Part shown: positions 39,218 to 59,490 of the stretch, one piece after another
How positions within the stretch are numbered: position 1 is the first letter of the stretch
How the letters are laid out: every line of letters starts with the position of its first letter
Source: the human T2T-CHM13v2.0 reference genome, Homo sapiens
Length of the DNA: 64,000 nucleotides
Assembly (NCBI RefSeq): GCF_009914755.1
Contig: NC_060947.1
Strand: one strand, 5' to 3'
Notes under the pieces: generated by a model
The model's database searches: none
What the model was told of the DNA's origin: nothing
Seen by the model: only the letters and a program-made list of their open reading frames with translations
Position numbers and translations under genes: made by a program

Positions 39218-39317
39218 TTACCGAGAGGAGGGACTACTGCACTCGGAGGCCGGACAGCAGAACTGGTGAGCGTCTTCCTCTTCCTCTTCCTCAGTCTCCT
39301 CCTCCTCCTCCTCTTCC
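39218..39317 (-). CDS. IQSEC2: IQSEC2 alternative acidic exon: (R)EEEEEEETEEEEEEDAHQFCCPASECSSPSSR*
   Basis: Acceptor cccttcctggccccag|G. Joined to the 53.7 kb and 51.8 kb exons it gives exactly 73 aa. An internal donor CG|gtaact lies at 39222/39221. Confidence 0.85.
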
Positions 39318-41559
39318 CTGGGGCCAGGAAGGGCGGGGTAGAGGCCACAGGCGGTGGGTGACAGAGAGAGGCAGAGGCATTAGTTTGCAGAGCAGGGGAG
39401 ATACGCGAAGGGCCAGGACCGGAACCAGAAGGTGGGACGAGAATGGGGGTCAGGGTGGGGAGGCCAGTGTGATGGATTATCCAGGGTCACACCCAACTCA
39501 GTGTGCTGGGACAGCCCTCCCCCACACCCAGCCTGGGCTCAGTCTTAAGGTCACCCTCAGCGTATATCAACTCCCTTTCTAACCCTGCCAGGTGCCTGAC
39601 CCTCATTTTAATATAATAACAGCAACCTGCTCTCATTTTGCACGCATCATCTCACTTAGCCCCTACAACAGCTCTGCAGAGGAGCATTTTAGAGATGAGG
39701 GAATTAAAACTCAGAAAGGTTAGATAACTTGCTCTAGGTCACACAGCTGGGTAAGTGGTAGAGTCAGGATTTGAACCCAGAGTTTTTGGAGCTCCAAGTC
39801 TCAGACTCATCCCACTAGGTCCTTTGGGTGAACTTGGCACTATCTCTAGAAACCCACCCTGCTCTTGAAGGACAAGGATTTGTATTTCCTGAAGGTTCAG
39901 GCTCAGGAAAATGGGAGATACTTGGAAATGGAGTACGGAAAGCCCACAGCTTTGGAAGCAAACAGACCTGGGTTCAAATCCCAGCTCTACAAGTGGTTCC
40001 AGGCTATATGCCCTTGAGCGCATTATTGTCACTCTTGGAGCCTCAGTTTCCTCGTCTGTAAAAATGGGGCTCGTGATGTGAACCTCCCAGGACTGTTGCA
40101 AGAACTAGAACATATATCAAGTGTCTGGCAAACACCAGCAATGGGAACATGGTGGTGATTATTGTTAACTACTCGTGAGCTGAATCTAATTCCCAAAGTG
40201 GCCGTCTGCCCACACAGAAGCAGCCACAGCAGTGGGAGAAGAGTCGCTGCAGGAACAAGCACCTATCCCTAGGGTGCTGCTGAGCAGTACCAGGGGCCAG
40301 GCTGCATGTGGCATTCACTGGTGCTGGGCTACAGTTTCATATGGTGGATGGACAGACAGTTGGGCTGGGAGGGGACCAGGTGACTTGGGAGTGACAAGGC
40401 TGACCTTCTGGGGACAGACAAGGAAACAGTTACCCTCATTCCCAGACCCCTTGGCTCAGGGGATGCAGGAATTATGGAATCCAGGAGACTGGAAGAATGG
40501 GAAGAGGTGGGAAGGAACGCAGACAGGGAAGTGAAGGGAAAGGAAAGGAAGGCATTGCTGTCCATCTGATGCACAGACAAGCACACACACGCACGCACAC
40601 GCCTTTCTCAGACTCAGAGCTCCCTCTGACACATTGTTCCACGGACTTCCTGAATCAGCAAAATCACATGAAGCAGGGCGCAAGTTCTGGGCAAGTAGCC
40701 CTCCCTTTCTGAGTGTCCCATTCCTCATCTATAAAAACAGAAGATCCACACCTCTCCAGGCTGTCATGAGGAACAAGTGATATTCCATTCCCACTGCTCA
40801 CTCCCCTCTTTTCCAGGCGAGGCCCCTGCTTCCTCTCCCCCTAACACTGCAGTCACCTCCTGATTTCTTCTCCCTCCCTTCTTGAACCACATTAGCCTTC
40901 CTAAAGCCCACCTTCAAGCATGCATCTCTTCTGCTCAGACACCCACTGCCTCCTGGATAAAGTTCAGGGTCCTCAAGTTGGCATTCAAGGCTCTCCCATC
41001 ATATGGCCTCACCAGGCCTTTCCTGTTAGATGGCAAAAGCACAGGCTATGGAATCAGACGGACCTGAGTTTCAATACCAGCCCCATCATTTACTAGCCGG
41101 ATGACCTTGGGTCCATTTCTTCACCATTCCAGGACACACTTTCCTTACCTGCAAACTGAGGAAATACCTATTCTGCAGGGTGCAGTGGGACTAAAGGAAT
41201 TCAAATATGTACTAAGCAAGGCTGGTGCTTAGTGCATGGTAACTATTATTATAACGGCCATTATAGTGGTATCCATGTTCCCTACTCACTGATGCCCAGC
41301 CTTCATCAAGCTAGCTTGTTCATTATTCCATCAGCATGCCTGGCCTTTTCACATCTCTATGTGTGTGCTGATTCTGTTTCTTCCACTTAGAATACTCTTC
41401 CCTCTGCACAGATCTTTGCCTATTACCATCCTTTCTGAATTTCCTGACCCAGCTCAAGTGCCACTTCCTAAGGAAGTCCTAGCCAGAAGTATTCTCTGCT
41501 TCCTTCCAGCTCCAGCATCCGTTCCCTTGGCCAGGGCTCTCCATTTGTTGCTTTGAACT

Positions 41560-43010
41560 TTCCTGAAGCATTTCTTTCACCAATCCCCCAATACCCTTGT
41601 ATCCCCACCACTATCACTGCTTTGCTCCTCTGTAAGAAAGAGGGGGCCCCTCTAGCATTTAGGGCCAGTCTCTCCACCTGGACTCTGGAGCCCATCCCCA
41701 TTACCTCCTCCACAACAATCATCCCCTCTCCCTCCTGCGTTTTCAACCTCTCCCCCTCTGTTGCCTCCTTCCTATCAACATTTATAGAAGCTCAAGTCTC
41801 TCCCATCTGGGAATAAAAACCCTCTATCTGCCCCCACATCCCCCTCTGTCCCTCTCTCCTCTTCACAGCTAAGCTTCTTCTTAAGAAACCCGTCTACACT
41901 GGCCATCTCTGCTTCACTTCGGTACCTCCCACGAGCTCTTCGACCCACTCCAATCTGCCTCATGCGCCCACCACTCCATGGAAGCTGTTCTGAGGAAGGT
42001 CGCCCAGGCCCTCCTGATGGTTAAAGCCAATAGACTCTCTTCCGCCCTCGGCTTACTAGCCCAGGCTGCAACATTTGACACTCTTAACAAGGCCCTCCTC
42101 TGCATGGCCCTTTCCTTCCTCTGCTTCTGTGAGCCCACCCCCACTGCTTTTCCTCCTACTGCTCTGACCCCGCCCCCATTTCTTCCTGGGCTCCTTCCCT
42201 ACGCGTTGGTTTCCCCTTCCCAATTCTGCTCTGGCCCTCTTCTCTTTCACTCCACACTTTTTCAGTGATCTCATTCCATTTCATAACTTCAGGTGTAGAT
42301 CCCTCTCCTGGGTCCCGGACCCGTCGAGCCCAATGCTTGCTGGACAGCTCTACCAGGATGGCCCTTTGGGCCTTCAGCTCTCATAGGGACCTCTGACTCA
42401 GCATCTCACCATTGTCCTTAAGGCACCACCATTCATCCAGTCACCTGAGCCCAAAACATACCTTGGAGTCACCCTAGATTCTTCCTGCCCCCTTAGCAAG
42501 TCAGTCACCAATTATTGTGGACTCTACCTCCTAAATAGCTCTAAAAGATAGACTGTGATGTTGCCCCTACCATCTCATCTTCTACTCCTCTCACTCCTTC
42601 TTCAGCCTTTTCCCCATCACACTGGTCTCCCTGCTGCTCCCCAAACAGACCAAACACACTCTTGCCTCGGGGCCTTTACACCTGCGGTTCCTTCTATCTG
42701 GAACATCGTCCCTGAGAGGTACACGGCTCACTCTCTTACCTCCTTCAAGCCTCTGCTCAAATACTGCCTCATCAGAGAGGCCCTCCCTCTCAAAAGGCAC
42801 CCCAACATTCTCTACCTTATCACCCCAGCTTTTTCTTCATAGCACTTATCGACATCAGATACACTCTAGACATTTAGTTGTTTATTTATTTTTCTGTCTC
42901 ACTCACTGTAAGATCCATCAGGACAGGCATCTGTTCTGTTCAGTGCTAAACCCCTAGTGCCTAACACAGTGCCTGGCATTCAATAAATATTCAGTGAATG
43001 AATGAATCCA
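41560..43010. mobile_element. Long L2 relic
   Basis: ccaggccctcctgatggttaaagccaat; gcaacatttgacactcttaac; ends cacagtgcctggcattcaataaatattcagtgaatgaatgaat. Confidence 0.85.
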
Positions 43011-44079
43011 GTGCCAGGCATGAACACTTGAACTTACTGCGAACTCCAGCCTCTGTCATCTCCACCTCCTCCTCTCTCCCCGGTTACCTCTTCAGTCTCT
43101 GACTCCAGTCCTCTCTTCCTCCTGATCACCTCTCAAATCCATCTCCTCGGCTCTATGCCCACGACCTTGGCTTCTCTCTCCCTTGGATTACTGCATAGCC
43201 TCCTCCCTCATTTCCCTTCTAAAACGCTAATTTGATCATGTCACTTTTCATCTTTTCCTATTCAAGAACTGTTCATGGCTCTCCAACTGCCTACCAAAAA
43301 AAAAATAAAATAAAATAAAAAGCCTATACTCTTCAGACAGCTGCTTGAGGTAAGCCTGACCTCTGCACCCTCCAATGTCTGATTTCACCTTGCTCACCTC
43401 CAGGCCTTTGCGGACACTGTCAGCACCTCCTCCCCCATCTCTAACTCTCAGAATCCTCATGGACCTTGAATGACTGGCTTAAACACAGCTTTCTTCAGGA
43501 AACTTGACCTAACTCACAAAGCAAAAGTAATTCCTCTGCAAAATCCGCAGGGAAATGAGTATTGCCAGTGTCACTTGGGATCTCTGAGAACCAGGGGTAG
43601 GATGAAAGTTAGTAAATATGTCTGAGACTAAGGACTCTGGATGCTGGGTGAGCATTAATAGAGGTTCCCTTTTCCCCTTGCACTATCACCCTGGCATGGA
43701 CTCATGTCCCTCTGGCCCTCTGCTAACTTTGACTCATCCTCGCCTCTTCCCTTTCCCTCACCTTATACATCCACAACAGTTTATATCATCTGACACTTCT
43801 ATTGAGTCTATCTCATTAATAACTCTCAAAGGATTTGGATTCTATAATTTGAAATTAAAGTGCTTCTCAACAAATGGTGCTCACTGGAGTCGTGCAACAC
43901 CGTAGCCCTGCTCAAATCCATTTCTTCTCTGCCAATACCCCAGTTTAGGCCTTCCAGCTGGTTTCCCTGCATACAACCCATTTTTCATACTGACTGCTAA
44001 TGTGATGTTTCTAAAACACAAATTTTGCCAAATTACTCTCCTATTTAGAATCCATTCAACTGACACTTTGTCACCAACA

Positions 44080-44268
44080 ATATTGGTTCTCAAGCTTTTT
44101 GAGGGGAATGCAAACCCCTTTACCAATTTAATGAAAGCCATGGACCATCTCTTCCACCAAAAAATGCACATAGGTATATGAATGCAACATTTTGCATTCA
44201 ATTTCCGGAGGTTCGTGGGGTTCCTGAAGCCCATCTGAGACCCATGCACCCCAGGTTAGGAACTTCTG
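44080..44268. mobile_element. hAT-Charlie MITE (MER103-like)
   Basis: Ends ttggttctcaagcttt...ccaggttaggaacttctg. Confidence 0.6.
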
Positions 44269-45879
44269 GCCCTTCCCAATAACATCCCGTTTCTTTTCCA
44301 TATGCTGTATGCTATTCCTTCTGCCTGGAATGCTCTTCCACACTTCACCCTTCTGTCCCTGGCTCTTACTTAACCTTTAAGACCCAGCTCTTAGGCTGAG
44401 TTGACCTGTACCAGCCCCAGACAGGGCCAAATTCCTTCCTCTGGGCTTCCATACCCTTCAGTGTTCTCCTCTGTCAGGGCCCTTCTCAGTCTCCCTGAGT
44501 GACTGGGAACTCATGGAGGGCAAGAACTGTTACTCAACAGAGACCCTGGTCACAGCAGTACTCCAAAAGTATCTACTGAAATCAACACTAATAATAGCTA
44601 CTCTTTCCTGAGTACCCATTATGTGCCAGCCACTCAGATTCTGAATGCATTCATCTGAATGAGCTCAGCTCATTCAGTAAATGAACCCCATGATGTTGGT
44701 GGTATTGAGTCCTGTTTAACAGATAAGGAACTAGGCTCAGAAACGTGAAGTGAGTTGGTCAAGGTCAGCTAGCTAGTGAGTGACAAAGTTGGGACTGAAA
44801 TTGCCATGAATGCCATGGCAAGTAGTGGTCCACCATGCCTCACTGCTCTGGACTGTGAGATTAGGAGATGGTATCAGTAGAAGAGGACCAAGAACCAGGG
44901 CCAGAACTCCCTACTTGGAATCCCTTTCCCAGGAACGCCTACTCTTATTTTCCCTCCTGCATCACCTTTATATAAGGCAAGACCAGGCACCTGGTTCTCT
45001 CTTCTTATGATGCAACCCATGTACCCTGTACTCCTCTCAGCCTTCTCATCCCAAAGCCCTGCTATGGTCAGGCCCATTCTTTGCTCCAGAACCGTCTAAT
45101 ACACACAGCTTTGAGATCGAATCCAATTCAATGCTACACAGTTGGCTATGAGGAAAACAAGACACAGGTAGTCCCTCCTCTTCTAGAGCTGACAGTCACC
45201 CAGGAGCCTTACATGCATTATCTCCAATCCTAAAGACAGCCCTAAGAGGTAAGTTGGCATTAGCCCCATTACATAGATGAGGAAACAGAGGCTCAGAGGA
45301 TAAATGACTTGCCCAGAGTCACCGAGTTGGTAAGTGGCAGAACTCGGACTTGAATAAAGGTACTGACTCCACTATTTTTCCCCTATGACGTCATCCTGCT
45401 TGGAAGGGCCAAAGAGTGAACAAGACCATTTCTGGTGGAGGAAGGGGATGAAGGAAAGCTAGCACTCTTCCAAGACTCAGTACAAACGTCCCCTCCAGTA
45501 GGAAGCCTTCCCAGATGGGGTTAATTGCCCCTCATCTGGCAGCCTTCTGGGCCTACTTCTGTCCCGTCCCAAATCACACTACGGTGTCATTGTCTATGTG
45601 CCTTTCTCCCTTCTAGACTTCAGCTCCATGAGAGCAGGATCAGATACAATTCATTCCAATATTCCACCAAAGGTCAGCACAAGGCCTAATCTAAAGCAGG
45701 CAAGACAGAATCCTTGCTGAATGAATGATGTGGTATCTGAGCTAATTATTAAAAGGATCTAAACAAAATCTGAACAGCTGGATACAGGGACAAGGTATAA
45801 AGGAGGAGGGAAATGAATTAATAAAAGCAAGGAAATGGGACCAAGGAAAAAGGCCAGTAATTTTGAAATGATGACAGGG

Positions 45880-51130
<5,251 letters not shown>

Positions 51131-51145
51131 AGAAATAATGTTTTC

Positions 51146-51502
<357 letters not shown>

Positions 51503-51814
51503 TCAGTCTATCCAACTGGCAAACTCCTATTCATCCTTTAAAAAAGCTGGATTATCACATAGTCTAGGACCAACCACTCAGGCCTTTTGGGGCAGGTCTC
51601 TAGGGAAGGATTTTTTTAAGGAAGGACAAATTAGATAGATCCCAAATGTCCTCTTTGGTCTGCTGACCTGATCTTCCAGGCACTCTCCTCATACACTCGG
51701 ACACCCATTCCACAGGCACAGCAGGGGCTCAGGGAGGTGGGAGGGGCTGGCAATGACACTGTATATTTGTCTGGAAGGAGGAGGAATTGGGGGAGGGATG
51801 GGTCTAGCTCTTAC

Positions 51815-51910
51815 CTGCTCTCTGCCAGCCTGCCTGAGGGGGTAAGCTTCATGGAGTCAAGGACCTGAGTAGGACAGCAATACTGGTGTAGAGTATGAGA
51901 CGCTGTGGAC
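51815..51910 (-). CDS. IQSEC2: IQSEC2 alternative exon (96 nt): STASHTLHQYCCPTQVLDSMKLTPSGRLAES
   Basis: Very long polypyrimidine tract, ctctcag|GTCCAC ... AGCAG|gtaaga; phase 2-2, in frame with exon 3. Confidence 0.92.
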
Positions 51911-52745
51911 CTGAGAGACAGCAAGAGACAGAGAGAGACAGAGAGAGAGACAGGGAGGGAGGGAAGTGGCAGGGTGGGCGATGGGGGCAAGAAGGTGAGA
52001 GTGAGTGCGGGAGGGGAAAAGGGAAGGCTGGGAGGAATGGAGGATGGGAAATGGAAGAGGAGGCGTGGGAGGCAGGGAGGGAGGAAAGGAAGGAAGATAA
52101 GGGAGAAAGGAAAAGAGGAAGGGAGAGAGGGAGGAAGATGGAGAGAGAGGAAGGAAGGAAGGAGGGAGGGAGGGAGGGAGGAAGGAAGGAAGGAAGGAAG
52201 GAAGGAAGAAAAAAAGAAAAAAACCACAAAGTCAAGAAAGAGAGGACGGCACTCGAACCACATACAGAACACAACGACAACAGGGGGCAGTAGAGACGAA
52301 AGAGCCGGGCTGGGCCTCCTGTGTTCCAGGTGACTCCGTGGGGACCTCAGCCACAGAGACGCTGGGACACCACAGTAGGGAAGGGGGAAGGGAGCCCTCC
52401 TCACACCAGACGCCACAGGGGTAGGGAGGACGGGAGGGGAAGGGGGGATGAAAGAGAAGGGGGAAAGATGCATGGGGGCTCCCCTTAGAGAAGATCCCTC
52501 ACAGGAAGGGAGGAAGGGATGGAGGAAGGAGAAGCTCTGGGCCCAAAGAAGGGGGAGAACCCAGGTGGGTGGGTAAGGGGAACACTGAAGGAAGAGAGGG
52601 AGAGAGATAGAGAGAAACCGAAAGAGACAGAAAAGGAGAAAGACAGAGAAAGAGGAAGACAGAGAAAGGGCGAGACAGAAGACACAGAGAGAAGCCAGAG
52701 AGAGGCAGAGAGCGCCAGAGCAGAGGAGGGTGAGGGCGGAGGAGG
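51911..52745. repeat. Long purine/pyrimidine-asymmetric tract including a (GGAA)n/(GGGA)n microsatellite at ~52148-52210
   Basis: Direct reading; it produces the spurious low-complexity ORFs on both strands. Confidence 0.9.
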
Positions 52746-53742
52746 CTGACAAGGTCTCAGTGGTCTTGGTGACAGGATGGGACTCAGGGCTGAGTGGGTG
52801 AGGCAGAGGATGGGGTGGTTCCAGGTAGGAGTCTTTTGCTTTGAAGGCCAGTGCTTTACCCCCCACCCCAAGGCGGGGCCCACACTCCACCCCTGATGCT
52901 GTGCCCCCACCGCCCCTAGTGCAGGGTCCAAAGACCCCTCCACCTCCTGCCTCCTGCGATTAAAGTCCGGAGAATGGCCAAGGGGAGGAGGAGGTACAGC
53001 AGGGCAGGGAGGCTGAGGGCCTGGTCCCTGCCCTACCCAGTGCAGCGCAGATGCCAGAGGTATGCCAGTCAGCTGGAGCCAGAGCAAGCTGGGAGTGGAG
53101 CCGACCCCTTCCAGGTCAGCCAGCCCCTGTCCCCCACAAGCCCACAGAGGCAGACTGTGGTCAGGGCCTGGCCATTCAAAAGCCCATGTAAAAGCCAGGA
53201 GACATGGCTGCGGGCCAGGCCAGCTGCGAATTTGAGGATGTCCAAATCTCAGAACCTTACAGGGAATCTTTGAATCTGAGACTCTTCTTATCGAAGGCTC
53301 TGGATTAATCATCATCAGGGCAACTGCTTCTCAGGTGCCAGTCTCCAGCCCAAGTCCTTGACTCATTATCTCTTTTGAATCTGAGACTCAGAGACTCTTA
53401 GGCTGCTGGAATGTTGGTGTTAGAATCTCAGAGGCCACGAGCCTGGAGCCCTGCAGTGCCTCGCACACAAGGCTAGTAGAGCAGGGTAGGAGCCAAGCTC
53501 ACCCCTCACAGGCCACAGGCTGTGCTGCTCAGGGTTCCAGGGTCCTTCCAGAGCTGGGCACCTGGATGCCCATGGGATCTCCCACTTGAACTGGCTCCCT
53601 CCCCCAGGCCAAAGGCCTCTCAGAGTCCAAGAAGGGAGCCAGGAACCAGGAAGCCAGGAGGCTGCTGAATCAGTAGCCCAGGGACTGGGTCCAGGCCTGG
53701 GCAGGAAGGGAGGGGGCCAGGCTGCGGGGCCCAGGTTCCTAC

Positions 53743-53768
53743 CTGCTGCTCCTCCCGGGGGGCTCCAT
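53743..53768 (-). CDS. IQSEC2: IQSEC2 short-isoform first coding exon: MEPPGRSS(R)
   Basis: cccATGG start context; CAG|gtagga phase-2 donor; matches the recalled N-terminus of the short isoform. Confidence 0.88.
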
Positions 53769-54100
53769 GGGTCTGGACCTGTCCCAAGGGCAGGCCCCCT
53801 GGCCTAGCCGGTGTCTCCACCGTGTCACCACCCCCTCCTCCCCAGCCCTTCCCTAGAAGGAGGAACCAAGAAGGCGGGGCCAGGCCAGCTGGGCTGCGGG
53901 CCAGATTGCAACTGGAAACTTTGCTCCTTCCCCTACTCCTCCAGGAGGGCTGGGAACTCCTCCTCCGAGGAAGCGGCCTGGAGAGCTCACAGTCCCTCCT
54001 CTGGGCCAAACCCCAGGCTGGGCTCCCTCAGTGCACCTCTGCTAGAATCTCCCCACGCACCCCATCAAGTTTGTATCGCTGGCTCTATTCTCCTGAACAG
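53769..54100 (-). promoter_or_regulatory. 5' UTR / internal promoter region of short IQSEC2 isoforms
   Basis: GC-rich unique sequence directly upstream of the ATG, with a GC box (aggcggggc, ~53871); TSS not determinable from sequence. Confidence 0.5.
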
Positions 54101-55150
54101 AAAATTGAGATGGAGAGAGGTGAAGTAATACTGCTAGTAAGTGGCAGAACCCCAAGATCAAGACCCGGTTTGGCTATTCCCAAACCTGGAATCTGCCCCT
54201 TCAGCCATATTGCTACCTTGTGAGTACAGAAACCTTTCCATAGAAGCTTTTCACAAATACCCTTATTTTCAGCACAGTTAAAGAGACTATGTTTAGGAGT
54301 TGTTCTGGGACTCTGCATATTAAGTGCAATTCAAATCACCCATGTTGGGGTATCAAGATGGGGCCCCGGCCAATATTCTTTCTCACTGCAATAAGCTCTC
54401 ACTCTTCTATGTTGTTTTCTAGACTGGCTGAGAGAAATGCTTCCTGAAGAGAAGAGGGAAAATCAAAAGAAATGCCAAGAGGCTGTTCTTCCAAGTAAAC
54501 TGCCCAGCCTGACTTTATGGATGGGCAAATTGAGGCCTGGAGAGGAAAAGGGTCTTACTAAAGTTCATGCAGCAGGTCAGAGTAGACTCCAGGTGCCCTG
54601 GCTCCCTGCCTGCCTATTACAGCAACATCTCTGTCCTCCACATGGGCGGGACTGGAGAAAGGAGAGAGTTTTTTGGCTTTGAAGGATGTAGGGCTCCTGA
54701 GAATACCACAGGTCCAGCTCAAAGTGCTCCTGTCCTTTCACGGTCCCAGAGCCCAGGCCCCTGGCTGTTCTGAGCAGAAGGCGGCCCTGGGAGGGGCCAG
54801 GGGGCCAGTGATCTAGAAGAAATAGAAGCTGACAGGCAACAGGCCAGCCTTCCTGCCTCCCTGCTGGGGCAGCTGGTTCCTCTCAAGAAAGCCAAAGCTA
54901 CTGAGAGAGAGAGGCCCTCCGGAACACCACAAGGTTGGCATCTGTGGGTCCTTAGTGACCTTCTCTCCCTCTGCCCACCCCTCAAAGCCCTGGTCCTCAA
55001 GGCTCTGGCCTTAGCATCTGCCTTTTTTTTTTTTTTTAACTCTCCTTGAGGAACTCTCCTAGCTCCTGCAGCAGCTTCACCTTGTGCCCATTTGTAGTTA
55101 TTGCCCTAAGAGCTGAACCCTCTTGACCTGGCAGGAGCCGAGAGACATTA

Positions 55151-55649
<499 letters not shown>

Positions 55650-58600
55650 CTATGGAAGAGGAGTGGAAATTCCTACCTCACAGTTCTTGTAGGGATTTGG
55701 TAGGTAGACAAAGTGTGCACATGGTAAATAGTCTCAGCCTGAACCTGAGAGAGTCTGTCCCTTCTCCCAGAGAGGCAGAGGAGACCCATGGGAAGCCTGT
55801 TTGTTTCAGGGATAGTGAGGAAGATTTCTAAGAAAATATCCCTGAACCTGGGACCACTTTTGGAATTCAGTTACAGCTGAGCATGCTGAACAGACTCAGA
55901 TGATGACCCACCAGAGGCTGAAGGGAGGAAGGAATGAAGGGTGAGGAGCCTGACCCAGCCACGGGACACTGGCAGGGCCTTCATGCATTTATTCGACAGA
56001 TACTGTGGCCCAGGCACTGTCCCCGGTGCTGGATACAGCAGTGACTACAGGTAGACAATGTCCTGCTCTCATGGAGCTTATATCCAAGTGAGAAGAGACA
56101 GACATTCACCAACTAATGCAATTCAACTGAGCAAAAAGTAGAGATGGCAGGAGGAGAGCATTCCAGGCAGAGGAAACAACCTGGACAAAGGACCTGAGGT
56201 GGTATTTCCAGCAAGCACGAAGAGACTGACGTGGCGGGGTGGGAAGAGCACAGGGGAGAAAGGTGAGACTGGAGATGGAGGTGGGGGCCCAGCATGCAGA
56301 GCCTTGGAGGCCTCTGTCGGGGTTTCCGTATCTATAGGAAGAGCAATTTGGAAGCCTGTGGTTTGGGACAGGCATGTGGGGTGGGGAGTATCTTTGAAGC
56401 CCCTAAAGTTGTATGAAAAGCATTAATTTCTGGGGAGAACATCTCTAGCTTTGATCAGATCCTCGGATGGGTCTGTGATCCCAAAGGGTAGGGAAGCTTC
56501 TTATATGATTCCATTCACTAAGTGCCCATGATGAGCTGGTGGCAGGCATCCTAGAACCTTCTGTGAGCTAGCCCCTACCCCATACCTCCAGCTAGTCTCA
56601 GCCTTCCCCCCACCTTCAACCTGCACCCCACCCAGACAGAAGCACCTGCAACTCTCTCAGCTACACTCTGCTGCTCCAAGCCTTATTAAAGAGAATGTGT
56701 GTCAAATGCTCTGTAATAGTACCTCTGTTGTCCCGCTGTGCCCCCACTGTCATCTCCCCACCTGGCTGGCTCCCCCTTGTTCTTCAAAAGTCAGCTAGAT
56801 GTTGTGCCCTCTGGGAACCTGCCTTGACCCCACCCAAGCAGGTTGGGTCACCTCCCTTGTGTCCTTCCGCCCTGCTCTTTTCTCAGCCGGCTTCTCTCAA
56901 CACTGTGTTCAGATGCCTGCTGCCCCTTCTCTGTCGGGAGCTCTGTGAGAGCTGTGTCTTGTTCATCCCAGTGTCCCCAGCACTCAGCACCGGGCACCTG
57001 GTCACACATGGTGGGGGGACAATGGACAGAGGTGGAGGCTGCAAGGTGGGCCAGTGGACACTAGAGGGCACTGTGGCCACTAGAATCCCAGCCTGCTGTT
57101 GGCCAGGCCGACCCAGGAGGCTCCCAGGCCCACAATTGTCACAGGGAAACTGTTACTGGGTCCTGCAGCTCCTCAGCTCTGGACTTAAGCAACCAGGGCC
57201 ACAGTTCCAGCCTCCCGATAAACCTTCTGCTCCCTTTCCAGATGAGACCGTTTCTCATGACAGTGCCATCTCACTGCAGATACTCCTTTAGTTCTTCACA
57301 AACGTGGGTGCCAAACACTCTTCTCGCAGTTCTGGCCTGCAACACTCTTCACTTCACTTTGCCCCACCCAACCCCTCCCCTGGCTAACTTCTACTCATGC
57401 TCCAAGCTTCCACTTAGATGTCAGCTTGGAGAAGCCTCCCTGGCCCTCAGGCTGGGTTGGGTATATTTCCGTGGTGCTCCCACAGCACCCTGCACTTCCC
57501 CTATAATTGTCTGTAATTGTCTGTCTCCTTGTCTATTTCCTGACCAGACAGTGGGCTTCATCACAGCAGGGCTGTTACTCACCACCCTATCAGCCACATT
57601 TAGCAGCATCTGGCACATTGTAGGCACTCAATAAATCCTTGAATGAAGGAATAAATGAATGGATGTGTGGATGGACAATTTGGGGCAAGTCATTTTACCT
57701 CTCTAGGTTTCAGTTTCCCCACCTGTAAGTCACCCCTACTTGGCAGGGTGGCCACAAAGATTAAAGATAATGTGTCTCCAGTGCTCTGTAATAGTACCTG
57801 ATATTTAGCAGACATTTTCTGACTCAAAGCAATTATTACTATTTGGAACAGTGAGAAAAGGGCAGGGGGAGGAGTTGAAGGAGACTGCCCAGAACCTGGG
57901 ATAATCTCTCTCACTTAGGTTTACCATTTAGATATGGAAGATGGCTTTAATAGCAATCATAAAACTATCAATTTTATTAAAAATAACAGCACCTGCTGTG
58001 TGCCAGGCCAGAGTCAGGAGGCCTCTGAGGAGGTGATGGGAAGCCCCTAGTCTCGGCCAGAGGATGCGAGGTCAGGGCCAAGGCCAGAGCTGTGGACATC
58101 GCTCCTGTGTCTGGAGAACAGTCATTACTGGCACAGCTGATTCCTAACTCTTTATTCATAGGTGAAAACTTGTCTAAGGGGTCATTAGTTCCCTCTGTAA
58201 TTAATGTAAAACCTGCAGGGTTTGTATTAGTGGAAAAGTAAGCTCCAGCATCAAGCTGATAACATTGATAATGTGTACTTGTAATTATATACTGGAGGTA
58301 ACTATAAATTCAGTCACTGAACTCATAAAATATCAAAATTCCTGAGGCCACCAAGAGCTGGGTAGCAGCTGTACCATCAGTAGCTTTATACCAGTTGTTC
58401 TGAGGTTATGAAAAATTACCACAAGCTGGTAGCAATGGTAATATTCACTGTACATTTAAAAGCTTTTTCGGCATAAAATAAGAGGGCACTTTTAGACAAA
58501 ACAGCATGTTTTGATGCAAGGATATGGAACTTGAAAGCACAGTGAGCAAAGGTCATCTTGCTATAAAATAGGAACCAAAAACAATCTTACAAGTGTTTGC

Positions 58601-58759
58601 CTCTGAGCCGACCAGCTCTGACCTCACTTGGGTACACATAAAAACTGTGCTTACTGCAGAAGAAACAAGAAGTACCAAGTGTTTTCTCTCTCTCCTCTCA
58701 TCCAATTCTGAGGGAATCAATTATCTCACACGGCCCCTTGCTGCCTTGTGTTACCACAG

Positions 58760-59490
<731 letters not shown>

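Noticed and set aside
51811-52890. 359-aa minus-strand ORF and overlapping R/E/G/K-rich plus-strand ORFs
   Set aside because: Low-complexity translation of the GA/CT tract; only 51815-51910 is bounded by splice sites.
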